A DNA stretch of 64,000 bases from assembly GCA_016186795.1 (NCBI GenBank), contig JACPKY010000002.1:529044-593043 (forward strand), read 5' to 3'. This document shows, piece by piece, positions 1-9,485 of the stretch. Position 1 is the first letter of the stretch. Each line of letters starts with the position of its first letter. The position numbers and the translations under genes were made by a program. The stretch is from Candidatus Gottesmanbacteria bacterium (GTDB taxonomy: Bacteria > Patescibacteriota > Microgenomatia > 2-02-FULL-39-11). The notes under the pieces are model-generated. The model was not told the DNA's origin. It did no database searches and was given only the letters and a program-made list of their open reading frames with translations.

Positions 1-1217
1 GATTGGAGTACATGTGCCAATTCACTCGCAAGTATGACTACCTCAATTGGAATCTTTTTCATTTCTTCACAAAAAGAAATATAGGAAATTCCTTTTGTTT
101 CACCCCCACAGATAAGATACATTTTCTTATATCGTGGCAGTAAATAGTGTAATCCGGCGAGGGTTGCCCAAGGAGTTGTACTTTTCAGATCATCAAAAAT
201 ATCGATTCCGGAAATAGTTCGTAAATACTCCATCCGGGCAGGAGGTTTAGGAATCGTTGGTAAAATTCCTTGCATCTGTTCGGAAGTTACACCAAATTGT
301 TCAACGACGGATCCAGCTGCTAGAATATTTTCCGGATAATGATCAAATTTATTACTCATTATAGTATCATAGATTTTTTGAACATTTTTTGTATTCTTAT
401 CTTGACTTTTAGAACTAAAATACAGCACTTTTGATTTTAATTCATTACCAAGTTCTCGAAGTTCTGGGAAATCGAAATTTAGAATGGCAATCCCTTCCGA
501 ACCCTGAAGTTTTGGAAGAGAAAACTTAAGATTTTTATATTCTTCCCACGATACCTCATCCAAGTGGTTTGGGTAAATGTTGGTAATGACAATAAATGGC
601 GGAGCCTTTGTAAATCCATCCAAGAGTTGTCGATGCGATATTTCAAGAACAAGAATATCTTCTTTCCCCAGGTGAAATAGCTTATCAACATTCTGCATCA
701 TCCAGGTATCATTTCCGGCAAGGTGCACTGGTTTTTGTGATTTTTTGAGAATTTGATAGATAAGATTTGCAACACTTCCTTTACCAACAGTCCCCGTTAC
801 TGCAATCATCTTTGCTGGAGCAAAATCAAGATACATGCGTGTTAATGAATAAAACGGTACCCCGCCTTTTTTTACCTCCCACAAGGGTGTATTTTGCCGA
901 TAGAGCCTCCATGACTGGGGAACGAAAATCGCATCTGCACTTCTAACATCACAAAGGTAATCAGTATCTAAGCGCAGTTTGACACGCGAAACGTCTTCAA
1001 GAAATTGTTTGAAGTGTCGGTCTCTCTCTCTTGATTCAACTCCCTTATGATACAATTTGTAGCTTTTCTCAAGAGAGTTTCCAGCTAAAAAATCGTGAGC
1101 AACAATTGTATCAATACCGTTTGAAAGTAAAAATCGAAGTAAGGCACTTCCTTCTGCCCCAGTTATACCAATGAGATGAATATTTTTTCCTCTGAGAGTT
1201 TGGAGTACATTATTCAT
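1..1217 (-). CDS. Mur ligase family protein (MurC/MurD-like), N-terminal part; C-terminus lies beyond the window start
   Basis: Own translation of the minus strand from ATG at 1217-1215 reads MNNVLQTLRGKNIHLIGITGAEGSALLRFLLSNG..., with a Mur-ligase P-loop (AVTGTVGKGS) further in. The frame stays open to position 1, which explains why it is absent from the ORF track. Frame checked at two places. Confidence 0.6.
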   Translation of the reverse strand, partial: MNNVLQTLRGKNIHLIGITGAEGSALLRFLLSNGIDTIVAHDFLAGNSLEKSYKLYHKGVESRERDRHFKQFLEDVSRVKLRLDTDYLCDVRSADAIFVPQSWRLYRQNTPLWEVKKGGVPFYSLTRMYLDFAPAKMIAVTGTVGKGSVANLIYQILKKSQKPVHLAGNDTWMMQNVDKLFHLGKEDILVLEISHRQLLDGFTKAPPFIVITNIYPNHLDEVSWEEYKNLKFSLPKLQGSEGIAILNFDFPELRELGNELKSKVLYFSSKSQDKNTKNVQKIYDTIMSNKFDHYPENILAAGSVVEQFGVTSEQMQGILPTIPKPPARMEYLRTISGIDIFDDLKSTTPWATLAGLHYLLPRYKKMYLICGGETKGISYISFCEEMKKIPIEVVILASELAHVLQ

Positions 1218-1905
1218 ACTTTTTGATCAATTTAAGACGAAAGACTCCATCGCCTTCAGACTCACGGAAATAATCCTGTCTGTAGTTAGTGTTTTTCGCT
1301 GTTTTTTCAAGCCATTTTTGATCCGCAATAGGTTTACTTCCATCGAGAATTTGGATTGTTCCCGCGTGGACTCCAAAAACTTTTGTAAGAAGCGAAGAAT
1401 GTGCATAGGTAATCTTTGAAGCACTCACCCTCGTTACAATTGCAACATGCTTACCTCCTATAAGTCGAATCATATCTCCAATCCGTATTTCGTCTGTCTT
1501 CGTAATTGGGAATGTAAAAGCGGCACTTGTGAGAGTTCGAGCATTCGTTCTATTCACCCCTCCCTCATACACTCTGGAAAGATCAAATAAAGCAGGTCCC
1601 AACTGGTCACGAATGTATTGTTCAAGCATCCTGTAGACAAAACCCGAGCAGTCGATACCAATCCGATATCGCCTTGCTAACGTCACAATATACTTCTCTG
1701 TCGGACTATTTTGGCTTTGAGAGGAATCTTCCTGAAGTTTTTTCTCAAGTTCCGCTTGTATATCAGAAGCTGTTCCCTTTCCATTTTCAAAACCGCGAAT
1801 AACAACAAACCCTCCCTTCAGTTTATTGGAAAAATACGGACAGGGAATAGTAATCCCACCCACCTTCATACGGGTATAAGAAGCAATTAAGGCATGAAAA
1901 TTCAT
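1210..1905 (-). CDS. NlpC/P60-family cysteine peptidase-like protein (cell-wall hydrolase)
   Basis: The ORF-track 252-aa protein contains IGIDCSGFV, the NlpC/P60 catalytic Cys motif. The likely start is the internal Met (MNFHAL) at 1905, 1 nt after the PAP2 stop. The first 21 aa of the track ORF overlap the upstream gene. Confidence 0.55.
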   Translation of the reverse strand: MNFHALIASYTRMKVGGITIPCPYFSNKLKGGFVVIRGFENGKGTASDIQAELEKKLQEDSSQSQNSPTEKYIVTLARRYRIGIDCSGFVYRMLEQYIRDQLGPALFDLSRVYEGGVNRTNARTLTSAAFTFPITKTDEIRIGDMIRLIGGKHVAIVTRVSASKITYAHSSLLTKVFGVHAGTIQILDGSKPIADQKWLEKTAKNTNYRQDYFRESEGDGVFRLKLIKKYE

Positions 1906-1906
1906 A

Positions 1907-2572
1907 TTACCAAAAAACAACTGAAATACTTGCAAGCATCCCACCCAGGAGTGCTCCTCCCAAAACATCAGAGAGCCAATGTTCGCCTAAATAGATCCGA
2001 CTTATAAAGACAAGAGTGGCAAAAGAAAAAATAATAATATTTATTGTCAGTCTGTGCTTTTTCGATCGTATAAACTTTCGAGTAAGGACAAATGCGATAA
2101 CAGAAAGAAATGCTACTCGTGCCATATGTCCGGACGGGTAAGAAAAATTTGTTTGAACAATAAAACTACTGGGAAGATGAAAGCCTAATGCATACCGATT
2201 AAATAGAGTTGGAGGTGGTGGGTGAAAAATAAAAAGTTTCCCAAAAAGTTCAATCACAACAATAAGAACATAAAGGAAAATGCCAGAAAAAAATTGTCGT
2301 TTCCAAAGAAGAATTCCAATAAAAATAATTCCCACAAGAATCGTCATTACTTCTGCAGATCCAAAAAGGCTAAGATAGGAAAATGGTACATCGACAACTC
2401 TTGGGAAAATGACCTGCAAATACTGCATGCTCGATAAGTCAATTGACCGAAAAGCATCGGTTGCGACAATAAAACTTATAAGAGTATACAATCCGCCAAG
2501 AAGAAGACTTATTCCCAAAAAAACTTTTTTCTCTGATTTTTCCATACATTTACTAGGATCTACATTGACCAC
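1907..2572 (-). CDS. PAP2-superfamily phosphatase (undecaprenyl-diphosphatase-like membrane protein)
   Basis: PAP2 motifs are present (SYPSGH and SRIYLGEHWLSDVLGG) together with several TM segments. The real start may be the internal Met at 2545 (MEKSEKK). Confidence 0.7.
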   Translation of the reverse strand: MVNVDPSKCMEKSEKKVFLGISLLLGGLYTLISFIVATDAFRSIDLSSMQYLQVIFPRVVDVPFSYLSLFGSAEVMTILVGIIFIGILLWKRQFFSGIFLYVLIVVIELFGKLFIFHPPPPTLFNRYALGFHLPSSFIVQTNFSYPSGHMARVAFLSVIAFVLTRKFIRSKKHRLTINIIIFSFATLVFISRIYLGEHWLSDVLGGALLGGMLASISVVFW

Positions 2573-3135
2573 CGATACTTATCACCTATAACATCAACCT
2601 TGATAAATTTTCCAGGCTGAAGATAGTGAGACCTCTTATACTCCCACGTAAATGGTATGCCCTTCGTTTTGGCAGCAAGAATTAGTATTGGATCACCGTG
2701 AGAAATAGCAAGAATGCTCTCCTTGGAGTGTCTTTGTATCATCGTATGAAGAAATTTCATCATTCGAGAAGCTATTTCGTCAATGGATTCCTGTCCCTTT
2801 GCTACTAATTGTTGATTATACAATTTTGGCTGAATTTCAAGTCGATATTTGGAAAGTGGCATTCCCTGAAAAATTATCCTCACCTCGTTAAGGAGTCGAC
2901 TTGTTGAAGCTTCAATACCTAATTTACTCCCTATAATTTTTGCCGTCTGTTTTGCTCGAAGCATTGGACTACTATATATGTGGGTTATACCAAAGTTTTT
3001 GAGTTTTGTAGCTGCATTTTCAACATCTTTTATCCCTTTTTCCGAAAGGCCGAAATTCGGTAACCGGCCATAAAGGATATCTTGCGGATTGTAGACTTGC
3101 CCATGCCGCATAAAATAAAGTGTTGTTTGATTCAT
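2560..3135 (-). CDS. Histidine phosphatase family protein (phosphoglycerate mutase-like)
   Basis: N-terminal LYFMRHGQ (RHG catalytic motif) and a later conserved His (ISHGD). Confidence 0.65.
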   Translation of the reverse strand: MNQTTLYFMRHGQVYNPQDILYGRLPNFGLSEKGIKDVENAATKLKNFGITHIYSSPMLRAKQTAKIIGSKLGIEASTSRLLNEVRIIFQGMPLSKYRLEIQPKLYNQQLVAKGQESIDEIASRMMKFLHTMIQRHSKESILAISHGDPILILAAKTKGIPFTWEYKRSHYLQPGKFIKVDVIGDKYRWSM

Positions 3136-4337
3136 AGAAGAGTCTTATAGATTGACTGAATTTTTGCAGCCTGTTTATCCCAACAAAATGCTTGGCTTGA
3201 TTTTAATGCATTTTCTCCAAACTGAGTTCGCTTCTTACTATCCTGAAGAAGCTCCCACAATTTTTGGGCAAGATCAAGACTATCTCCGTTTTCAAAAAGT
3301 CTTCCATTGACTCCATCTTTTACAAGATATCGTAACCCTCCAACGCGGGAAGCAAGAACACATGCACCCGAGGCCATTGCTTCTAGTGCTACCAACCCGA
3401 ACGATTCATACACAGATGGCATGACCGTCACATCGGAAGCTGAGTAATAGAAAGGAAGGAGCGAATGAGGACGGCTCCCTAAAAATTTTACACAGCACTC
3501 AATTTCTTTTTTGACGATGAGCTGTTTTATTTTTTTCACTTCTGGATGTTGCCAGAAAACCTGACTTGCAATGTCACCCCCAATAAGAAGGACGCGAAAA
3601 TTCTTCTGAAAATGAGGATATTTGCCCGAAAGAATAGATACCGCTTCGATAAGAAGTTGTAAACCTTTTATTGGATCGATCCTTCCCACAAATAGAATAG
3701 TTTTCTTCGCCTTTGGAAGACCAAGTTTTGTACGTGAAAAAGACTTGTTATGAGGATGAAATACATTGTGGTTGACTCCGGGACTGACAATATGAAGTTT
3801 GCCAGGATCAGCATGATAAAATGTTTGCAAGTCATTTTTTTCAAATGGGGTAGAGGTAATGATTCCATTTGCATCTGCCGTGATTAATTTCTCATCGTGC
3901 TTTCTTCCTACCGATGAAATACCACCGTATCGTTCCTTCATAATTCCCAATGTATGAAACGTTTGAACAAATGGTATATCGAGCTTGCGAGATACTTCTA
4001 TGCCAATAAGTCCTGAATAAAAGTAGTGAGCATGAAAAATATCGTAATCAAGTTTCTTCTCGGAAATAAACTGCAACATTCGTTTGGAAAATGTCCATAC
4101 ACCTCTTCTGTGATCATTGGCCGACTCGGAGAGTAAATGAATCACACGGACATTTTTATGAATTGTGAGAATCCGTTCATCTTTCTCCCGATGAGCGCGA
4201 GTGAAAATATCAACTGGGGATCCAAGTTGTGCTAAGTTGTTTGAAAGATTGTATAGGTATACGCTCATGCCTCCTGATGAAAGCACTCCAAACCTGGTCA
4301 AAGGACAGGCCCAATACGAAATCATACCAATTTTCAT
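3132..4337 (-). CDS. Glycosyltransferase family 4 (GT-B fold, retaining)
   Basis: C-terminal ESFGLVALEAMASGACVLASRVGG is the GT4 signature. The start was chosen at MKIGMISY (ATG 4337-4335), which has GGAGAG about 10 nt upstream. The ORF-track version extends to 4382. Confidence 0.75.
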   Translation of the reverse strand: MKIGMISYWACPLTRFGVLSSGGMSVYLYNLSNNLAQLGSPVDIFTRAHREKDERILTIHKNVRVIHLLSESANDHRRGVWTFSKRMLQFISEKKLDYDIFHAHYFYSGLIGIEVSRKLDIPFVQTFHTLGIMKERYGGISSVGRKHDEKLITADANGIITSTPFEKNDLQTFYHADPGKLHIVSPGVNHNVFHPHNKSFSRTKLGLPKAKKTILFVGRIDPIKGLQLLIEAVSILSGKYPHFQKNFRVLLIGGDIASQVFWQHPEVKKIKQLIVKKEIECCVKFLGSRPHSLLPFYYSASDVTVMPSVYESFGLVALEAMASGACVLASRVGGLRYLVKDGVNGRLFENGDSLDLAQKLWELLQDSKKRTQFGENALKSSQAFCWDKQAAKIQSIYKTLL

Positions 4338-4420
4338 ATATGTGGAATTCTCTCCGCTTATTGCAAGGGAGAGATAAACCATATATTATCAAAAACCAGC
4401 AAGAATAGACAATTTACCCT

Positions 4421-5116
4421 ATGTTTCTTAGCATTATCCTCCCTGCTTACAATGAAGCCGAAACCATTCCTACGCTTCTTTCGGCAATTGGGAAAATTCT
4501 CAAAAAAAGAGACTTCGAAATTGTCGTTGTTGACGACCACAGTCCTGATGGAACGTCTGAAGTATTACAACTCCATTCCCCAAATATTCCTCGAGTGCGA
4601 CTTGTCACAAATATACAAAGAATTGGACTGGCAAAATCGATTCTCAAAGGAATCAAATCGTCTAGAGGAGACTATATCCTTGTTATGGATTCCGACTTTA
4701 ACCATCATCCTCGATACATTCCAAAATTTATCTCTCTGGCAAAATCGTATGACCTCATTGTGGGATCGCGCTACATCAAAGGAGGAGGTATGTATGACCG
4801 CCCACGATTTTTTCTAAGTATGCTTTATAATCTTTTCGTTCGCCTCTTTTTAAATCTCCAAACGCATGATAATCTCAGCGGATTTTTCCTCATGGAGAAA
4901 AAAAGTATCATGGATCTCACCCCACAAGAAGTATTCCAAGGATATGGAGATTACTTCATCCGACTCTTAACGTATGCTCATCAGAAACCCCTGCGAATTT
5001 TTGAAATTCCGGTGTACTATGAAAAACGCTTCGCGGGTGAAAGTAAATCTCGCTTTTTACGAATGTTTCTTGATTATTCAAAAACTGTCCTTCAGCTTAA
5101 AAAGTCTCATTCATGA
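4421..5116 (+). CDS. GT2 glycosyltransferase, DPM1/GtrB-like polyprenol-phosphate sugar synthase
   Basis: ILPAYNEAETI ... VVVDDHSPDGT ... VMDSDFNHHPRYIP ... GSRYIKGGG are the typical DPM1/GtrB motifs (DXD, GSRY). No C-terminal TM segment is present. Confidence 0.75.
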   Translation: MFLSIILPAYNEAETIPTLLSAIGKILKKRDFEIVVVDDHSPDGTSEVLQLHSPNIPRVRLVTNIQRIGLAKSILKGIKSSRGDYILVMDSDFNHHPRYIPKFISLAKSYDLIVGSRYIKGGGMYDRPRFFLSMLYNLFVRLFLNLQTHDNLSGFFLMEKKSIMDLTPQEVFQGYGDYFIRLLTYAHQKPLRIFEIPVYYEKRFAGESKSRFLRMFLDYSKTVLQLKKSHS

Positions 5117-5823
5117 AAATCTTCTGTGTAATTCCAGCACTAAATGAAGAAGGAAATCTTTCAGTCTTAACAACTCAACTTGTTTACGCTTTGGAAAAGG
5201 AGGATGTATCCTACACCATTTTTTTTGTCCTTCAAGGGCATGACGGAAGTAAAACAATCTTAAATAAGCTTAGAAAAAAGAACTCTCATATCGAGTATGT
5301 CTACTACCCAAAAGCGTTAGGAATTGGACGATCCTATAGAACTGGTTTCCAAAATGTCAACAAATCTGCAACTCATATCCTAACCCTCGATGCTGATTTA
5401 AACCACAACCCCGCAGATCTGCACCGTTTCCTGACAAACATGGCAAAAACTCGATCAGATATCGTCATAGGATCACGATTCATAGAAGGGGGTCGCTTTG
5501 ATGATAAACGAGCATGGAAACGCATTATAAGTAAAGGAGTCAATTCACTCATACGAACTCTCATGGGTCTTTCTGTCCACGATGCTACATCAGGATATAG
5601 ACTGATAACGAAAAAAGTGATAGTCGATATTACAGCCAAACTTTGTGAATCTGGGTATCCATTTTATCCGGAATTTATTCTTCGTGCCCAGAAAGCCGGA
5701 TTTACCATTTCGGAAATTCCGATCACATACGCTCCGCGAATGTGGGGGAAAAGTAAAATGGGTAAAGTAAAAACGCTCTACGACTATATCAAATTCTTTC
5801 CCAAAATATTTCTCAATTTTTAA
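5113..5823 (+). CDS. GT2 glycosyltransferase, DPM1/GtrB-like (second tandem copy)
   Basis: VIPALNEEGN ... LDADLNHNP ... IGSRFIEGG. The start overlaps the upstream stop as ATGA (5113-5116), consistent with translational coupling. Confidence 0.75.
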   Translation: MKIFCVIPALNEEGNLSVLTTQLVYALEKEDVSYTIFFVLQGHDGSKTILNKLRKKNSHIEYVYYPKALGIGRSYRTGFQNVNKSATHILTLDADLNHNPADLHRFLTNMAKTRSDIVIGSRFIEGGRFDDKRAWKRIISKGVNSLIRTLMGLSVHDATSGYRLITKKVIVDITAKLCESGYPFYPEFILRAQKAGFTISEIPITYAPRMWGKSKMGKVKTLYDYIKFFPKIFLNF

Positions 5824-7354
5824 TAACCCATACCAGTGGAACATTCTCTCTTGCTACTTCATACACAATAGTGCCCTTTCGCGTTTTCTCCCCGAGATAT
5901 GCAGAAAGACCATACATTGCGAAAAACGATTCTTTATTTAATATAACAGTGTAATCACTCTCCTTGTAATTTTTGCTATTCACATATCTTTGTAAATCAG
6001 GACGAAGATACATTGACGCTGAACTCTGGGCCATAACAATGTGGACTACACTATCAATCGGCGCATGAGTATTGAGCCAAGATACCGCATCTTTTTGAGG
6101 AGTACCCCAGAAATCCACATCAAACTTCCCCCATGCACCATATGTACCACCGATTATCCAATTGTAAAAACTTGTCTCATAGGGATGAAAGCGAAATACA
6201 TTGGTACCAAGTATCACAAAAACCAAAAGCCATACACATATCAAGACACGACGATTCAATCGAAGATACTTCAAAACTTCGGAAATTCCGATTCCGGAAA
6301 GGGCACTTAATGGGTAGATAACTTCCATGAAGTGCCGCACTCCGTCAATTGCACTGGTTTTTGGGAGAAAATACCTGACAAGAGGAATGAAAAACCACAT
6401 AAGTATGAGGCTATAGATGTGATTTTTGCCAAAAAAACGCTTCAAGCTGACTACGAGGCCTACAAAAAATGCTGCAAGAATAGGTATAGGGGTCGTGATT
6501 ACTAAATACACAAATGGGTAATACCAAGGGATATTAACACCAGAGTAGATGATTTCCCTATTAAAAAGAACCGGCATATTCAAAGTATTTCGCGAATAAA
6601 AGGTAGGAAGCTCAAGGAGTTTACCCAAAGGGTCCCGCCAGAATGGCCACCAGAGGATAAGAGCAAAGACCGGTGCAAGGATAAAATAAAGAAGAATACG
6701 CTTGTTTCTAAAGGATAACACCTCATTTTTTTTGGAAATGATAAGCCAAAAGAAGCATACAACTGGAATAAATATGGAATTTATTTTCGTGTTAAATGCA
6801 ACAGCAAACGAAATTGAGGCAATGAAAAGATTTCTAAGCGTATTGATATGTACCAGTTTCCAAAAAAGAAATACTCCCAGAGTAAAAAAGAATGCATTGG
6901 GTACATCCTTCATGTTTGTATGCAGGTAGCCAAAATGCATAGGAAGAAGGGCCAAAAAAAGTGAGCCGAAAAACGCTGCCACAACTCCAATCCATTCATA
7001 AAGCATGAGATATAGGAGACCGACCCCCAAAGATCCAATCAAAATCATCGGGAGGTTATAGGCGATATCAAATGGAAGAATATGTAATTTTTCATAGAAA
7101 AGTACTTGAGAAAGGGAAGGGATAATTTGAGTAAATGGCCCAAATGGATCTTCTACGGTTAATCGTGGATCTGGTGGAGAAAAAGGAACAGGTGCTGGAC
7201 TTCCAATCGATGGAACTGATATCCCAAGATGATACAAACCCGCATAGTGATGATAGTGATAGTCCCAGGATATCCCGTAGTGAGATGAGACAATGAGATG
7301 GAGGAAAAAATACACTACCGTCAAACCTATAGCATATCGCCATTTAGTAGACAT
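5813..7354 (-). CDS. Polytopic membrane protein, putative GT-C fold glycosyltransferase (PMT/ArnT-like)
   Basis: 513 aa with more than 10 predicted TM helices and an N-terminal acidic periplasmic loop (TVEDPFGP). It sits next to GtrB-like GT2 genes, and its 3' end overlaps the convergent GT2 gene by 11 nt. Confidence 0.45.
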   Translation of the reverse strand: MSTKWRYAIGLTVVYFFLHLIVSSHYGISWDYHYHHYAGLYHLGISVPSIGSPAPVPFSPPDPRLTVEDPFGPFTQIIPSLSQVLFYEKLHILPFDIAYNLPMILIGSLGVGLLYLMLYEWIGVVAAFFGSLFLALLPMHFGYLHTNMKDVPNAFFFTLGVFLFWKLVHINTLRNLFIASISFAVAFNTKINSIFIPVVCFFWLIISKKNEVLSFRNKRILLYFILAPVFALILWWPFWRDPLGKLLELPTFYSRNTLNMPVLFNREIIYSGVNIPWYYPFVYLVITTPIPILAAFFVGLVVSLKRFFGKNHIYSLILMWFFIPLVRYFLPKTSAIDGVRHFMEVIYPLSALSGIGISEVLKYLRLNRRVLICVWLLVFVILGTNVFRFHPYETSFYNWIIGGTYGAWGKFDVDFWGTPQKDAVSWLNTHAPIDSVVHIVMAQSSASMYLRPDLQRYVNSKNYKESDYTVILNKESFFAMYGLSAYLGEKTRKGTIVYEVARENVPLVWVIKN

Positions 7355-9485
7355 ACCGTTTATACCTCCGATAAAAAATATATGTTATTCCAATCGACAC
7401 AACGCTTATGACCCCCCCAACATAATAAATAGTTGGCTCATAGTATATCTCAACCGTATGTTTTCCTTTCTCAACAAAAAATGATCGAAATGCGACATTC
7501 CCCTGATAAAGTTTTCCTTTTTTTCCATCAATTTGCACATTCCATCCGGGATAGAAAGGCTCACTTGATGAAACAAAACTGTCACAAATTGCATCAACTG
7601 CTAAATAAATCCTATTTATTCCATACGATTTGATTTCTAGTGAGTTTTTTTGAGAAGCATTGCAGTTTGGAAGACTTTCATATGCTGATGTATTATCCGT
7701 TCGTAAAAGCAATACTTCTTTTTCCAGATCCACAATTCCGAGACGAAGTGCCGTTTTGAGAGGTTCAGAATTCCCAAAAAATTGGATTTTATCTACAAAA
7801 AAATACCGGGGGAGAAATTTTTTAGCTTCGTACAATCTGAATCGATCTCCTTCTAAACGCTTTATAAAATTTTCAGAGGATTTAATCTGATCATTCATTT
7901 TATCCGCAAGAATATAACGGATATTTAGAAACGGAATATAGGCAGAGTAAGGGTTCATTGGGGGAATTTCAACGTTAAAATTTGGAAGTGACGACGAGGG
8001 AGATTTATTGACAAGATCAATAAATTGATAGTATGAATCTAATAGAATTGGATTATATCCACTTGTTGAATGAATTTTCAAAAATTGCGCCGCTTCAAAA
8101 TCCCAATCTTGCCGAACATGTGAAGTAACAGGATAATCCGGAAGAACACGATAGAGACTTCTATCATCTCGTATCGCTTGTAGGAGATGTTGGTCAAAAC
8201 GCGTATCTGGAACTTCTTCTAACCGAAGAAACTGATTTCCGTAGTGAAAAAGTTCAACTGTCGCAACGAAAATAATAATAATCTTGAGAATTTTCTTCTT
8301 GATCGCAAAAAGACTGATACCAGAAAGAAGAGAAAGAAGCAAAACAACAGGAATAAGATATTGAGAAGGAAAACGGAAAAGGCGAAACGGCGGGAATGTA
8401 GAAAAGAAAAAGGGATGGAGAAAAAAATTTTTCCCGAGCGAAAGTAAGAGAAAAAGAATAATTGCGCCGAGAATGAAAAAAAACCATTCATCAACTCTCT
8501 TTCTCCGAAATACATCTTGTAGAGTCTTTAGAATAAGAGTTAAAAAAAGAATTATAGGGACAATTCCTACATAAAAAGAAAGCTCAAAAAAATTTGGACC
8601 AGGACCGACATAGGAGTATTGTTCCGGAAATGGGTTTCCGTACCAAAACGGCTCGAGAAATAGCCGAAGCATGGGAAGAGTATATGAACCCCAGGTTGCC
8701 AACTCATAGGCAAGTCCCTCTGCGCGAATAGAACTGCCTATAAACTCCAGTGTCGGTACATATTGGATTGCAGAAATTCCAAATGAAAATAGAATAAGTG
8801 TTGCCAGTATGAGTAATTCAGAGTGGAATAATTGGAGCTTCTTCTTTTGAATCGAATAAGAAAGAATCCTAACAAAAAAATAGAAAAGAAGAAGGCAAAC
8901 TGTTGTCAGTACGACGAACTGATACCCGGCAAGTATCTGAAATGTCAGGGCAAATACTGCCAGAACCCAATACTTACTCTGTTTGGTACGAATCGCTTCT
9001 ACTGCCGCTCCGAAGACTAATGGCATCCAAATAACGGTTGAGATAATATCGATATGTCCCGCATATATACGAGCTGCCATAAATCCCGAAAAAGCAAATA
9101 TGATGCCGGAAAGATACGCTGAATAGATATCAGTAAACTTCCGCATGGACCAAAAGGCAAAAAATCCTGCAAGAACAATATGAATGTATAGATACATGGA
9201 AAATGCCAAGGGTAGAGGAAAAAGCAGAAAAATAACTGTGAAGGGGTAAAAAGGAGCGGTAGACGGATGTGCGAGAAAGGGCGTCCCAGAAAATGAATAT
9301 GGATTCCAGAATGGAATTATTCCCTGCTTTACGTTTTCTACAAAATATGATTTCCAGAAGTAAAACTGGTCCTGAATATCTCCTCCGAAGATTAAGTAGT
9401 TGGAAGGAGGAAAGAGTGTTTTGCCAAAAAAAATGACCCCCAGAAGAATAAATATAAAAAGTGGAAGAAACTTTTTCAGGATCAT
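7344..9485 (-). CDS. YfhO-like polytopic membrane protein (GT-C superfamily)
   Basis: 713 aa. The N-terminal FWKSYFVENVKQGIIPFWNPYSFSGTPFLA resembles the YfhO-family N-terminus. Many TM helices and a large C-terminal extracytoplasmic domain. Confidence 0.5.
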   Translation of the reverse strand: MILKKFLPLFIFILLGVIFFGKTLFPPSNYLIFGGDIQDQFYFWKSYFVENVKQGIIPFWNPYSFSGTPFLAHPSTAPFYPFTVIFLLFPLPLAFSMYLYIHIVLAGFFAFWSMRKFTDIYSAYLSGIIFAFSGFMAARIYAGHIDIISTVIWMPLVFGAAVEAIRTKQSKYWVLAVFALTFQILAGYQFVVLTTVCLLLFYFFVRILSYSIQKKKLQLFHSELLILATLILFSFGISAIQYVPTLEFIGSSIRAEGLAYELATWGSYTLPMLRLFLEPFWYGNPFPEQYSYVGPGPNFFELSFYVGIVPIILFLTLILKTLQDVFRRKRVDEWFFFILGAIILFLLLSLGKNFFLHPFFFSTFPPFRLFRFPSQYLIPVVLLLSLLSGISLFAIKKKILKIIIIFVATVELFHYGNQFLRLEEVPDTRFDQHLLQAIRDDRSLYRVLPDYPVTSHVRQDWDFEAAQFLKIHSTSGYNPILLDSYYQFIDLVNKSPSSSLPNFNVEIPPMNPYSAYIPFLNIRYILADKMNDQIKSSENFIKRLEGDRFRLYEAKKFLPRYFFVDKIQFFGNSEPLKTALRLGIVDLEKEVLLLRTDNTSAYESLPNCNASQKNSLEIKSYGINRIYLAVDAICDSFVSSSEPFYPGWNVQIDGKKGKLYQGNVAFRSFFVEKGKHTVEIYYEPTIYYVGGVISVVSIGITYIFYRRYKRYVY

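Noticed and set aside
479-691. 70-aa minus-strand ORF
   Set aside because: It is out of frame inside the Mur ligase gene, whose frame is open from 1217 to position 1.
8219-8515. Three overlapping ORFs (8219-8515 -, 8244-8447 +, 8254-8487 -) with Lys/Arg/Phe-rich low-complexity products
   Set aside because: They lie inside the YfhO-like gene in a purine-rich, low-complexity stretch. They are alternative-frame artefacts of an AG-rich coding segment.
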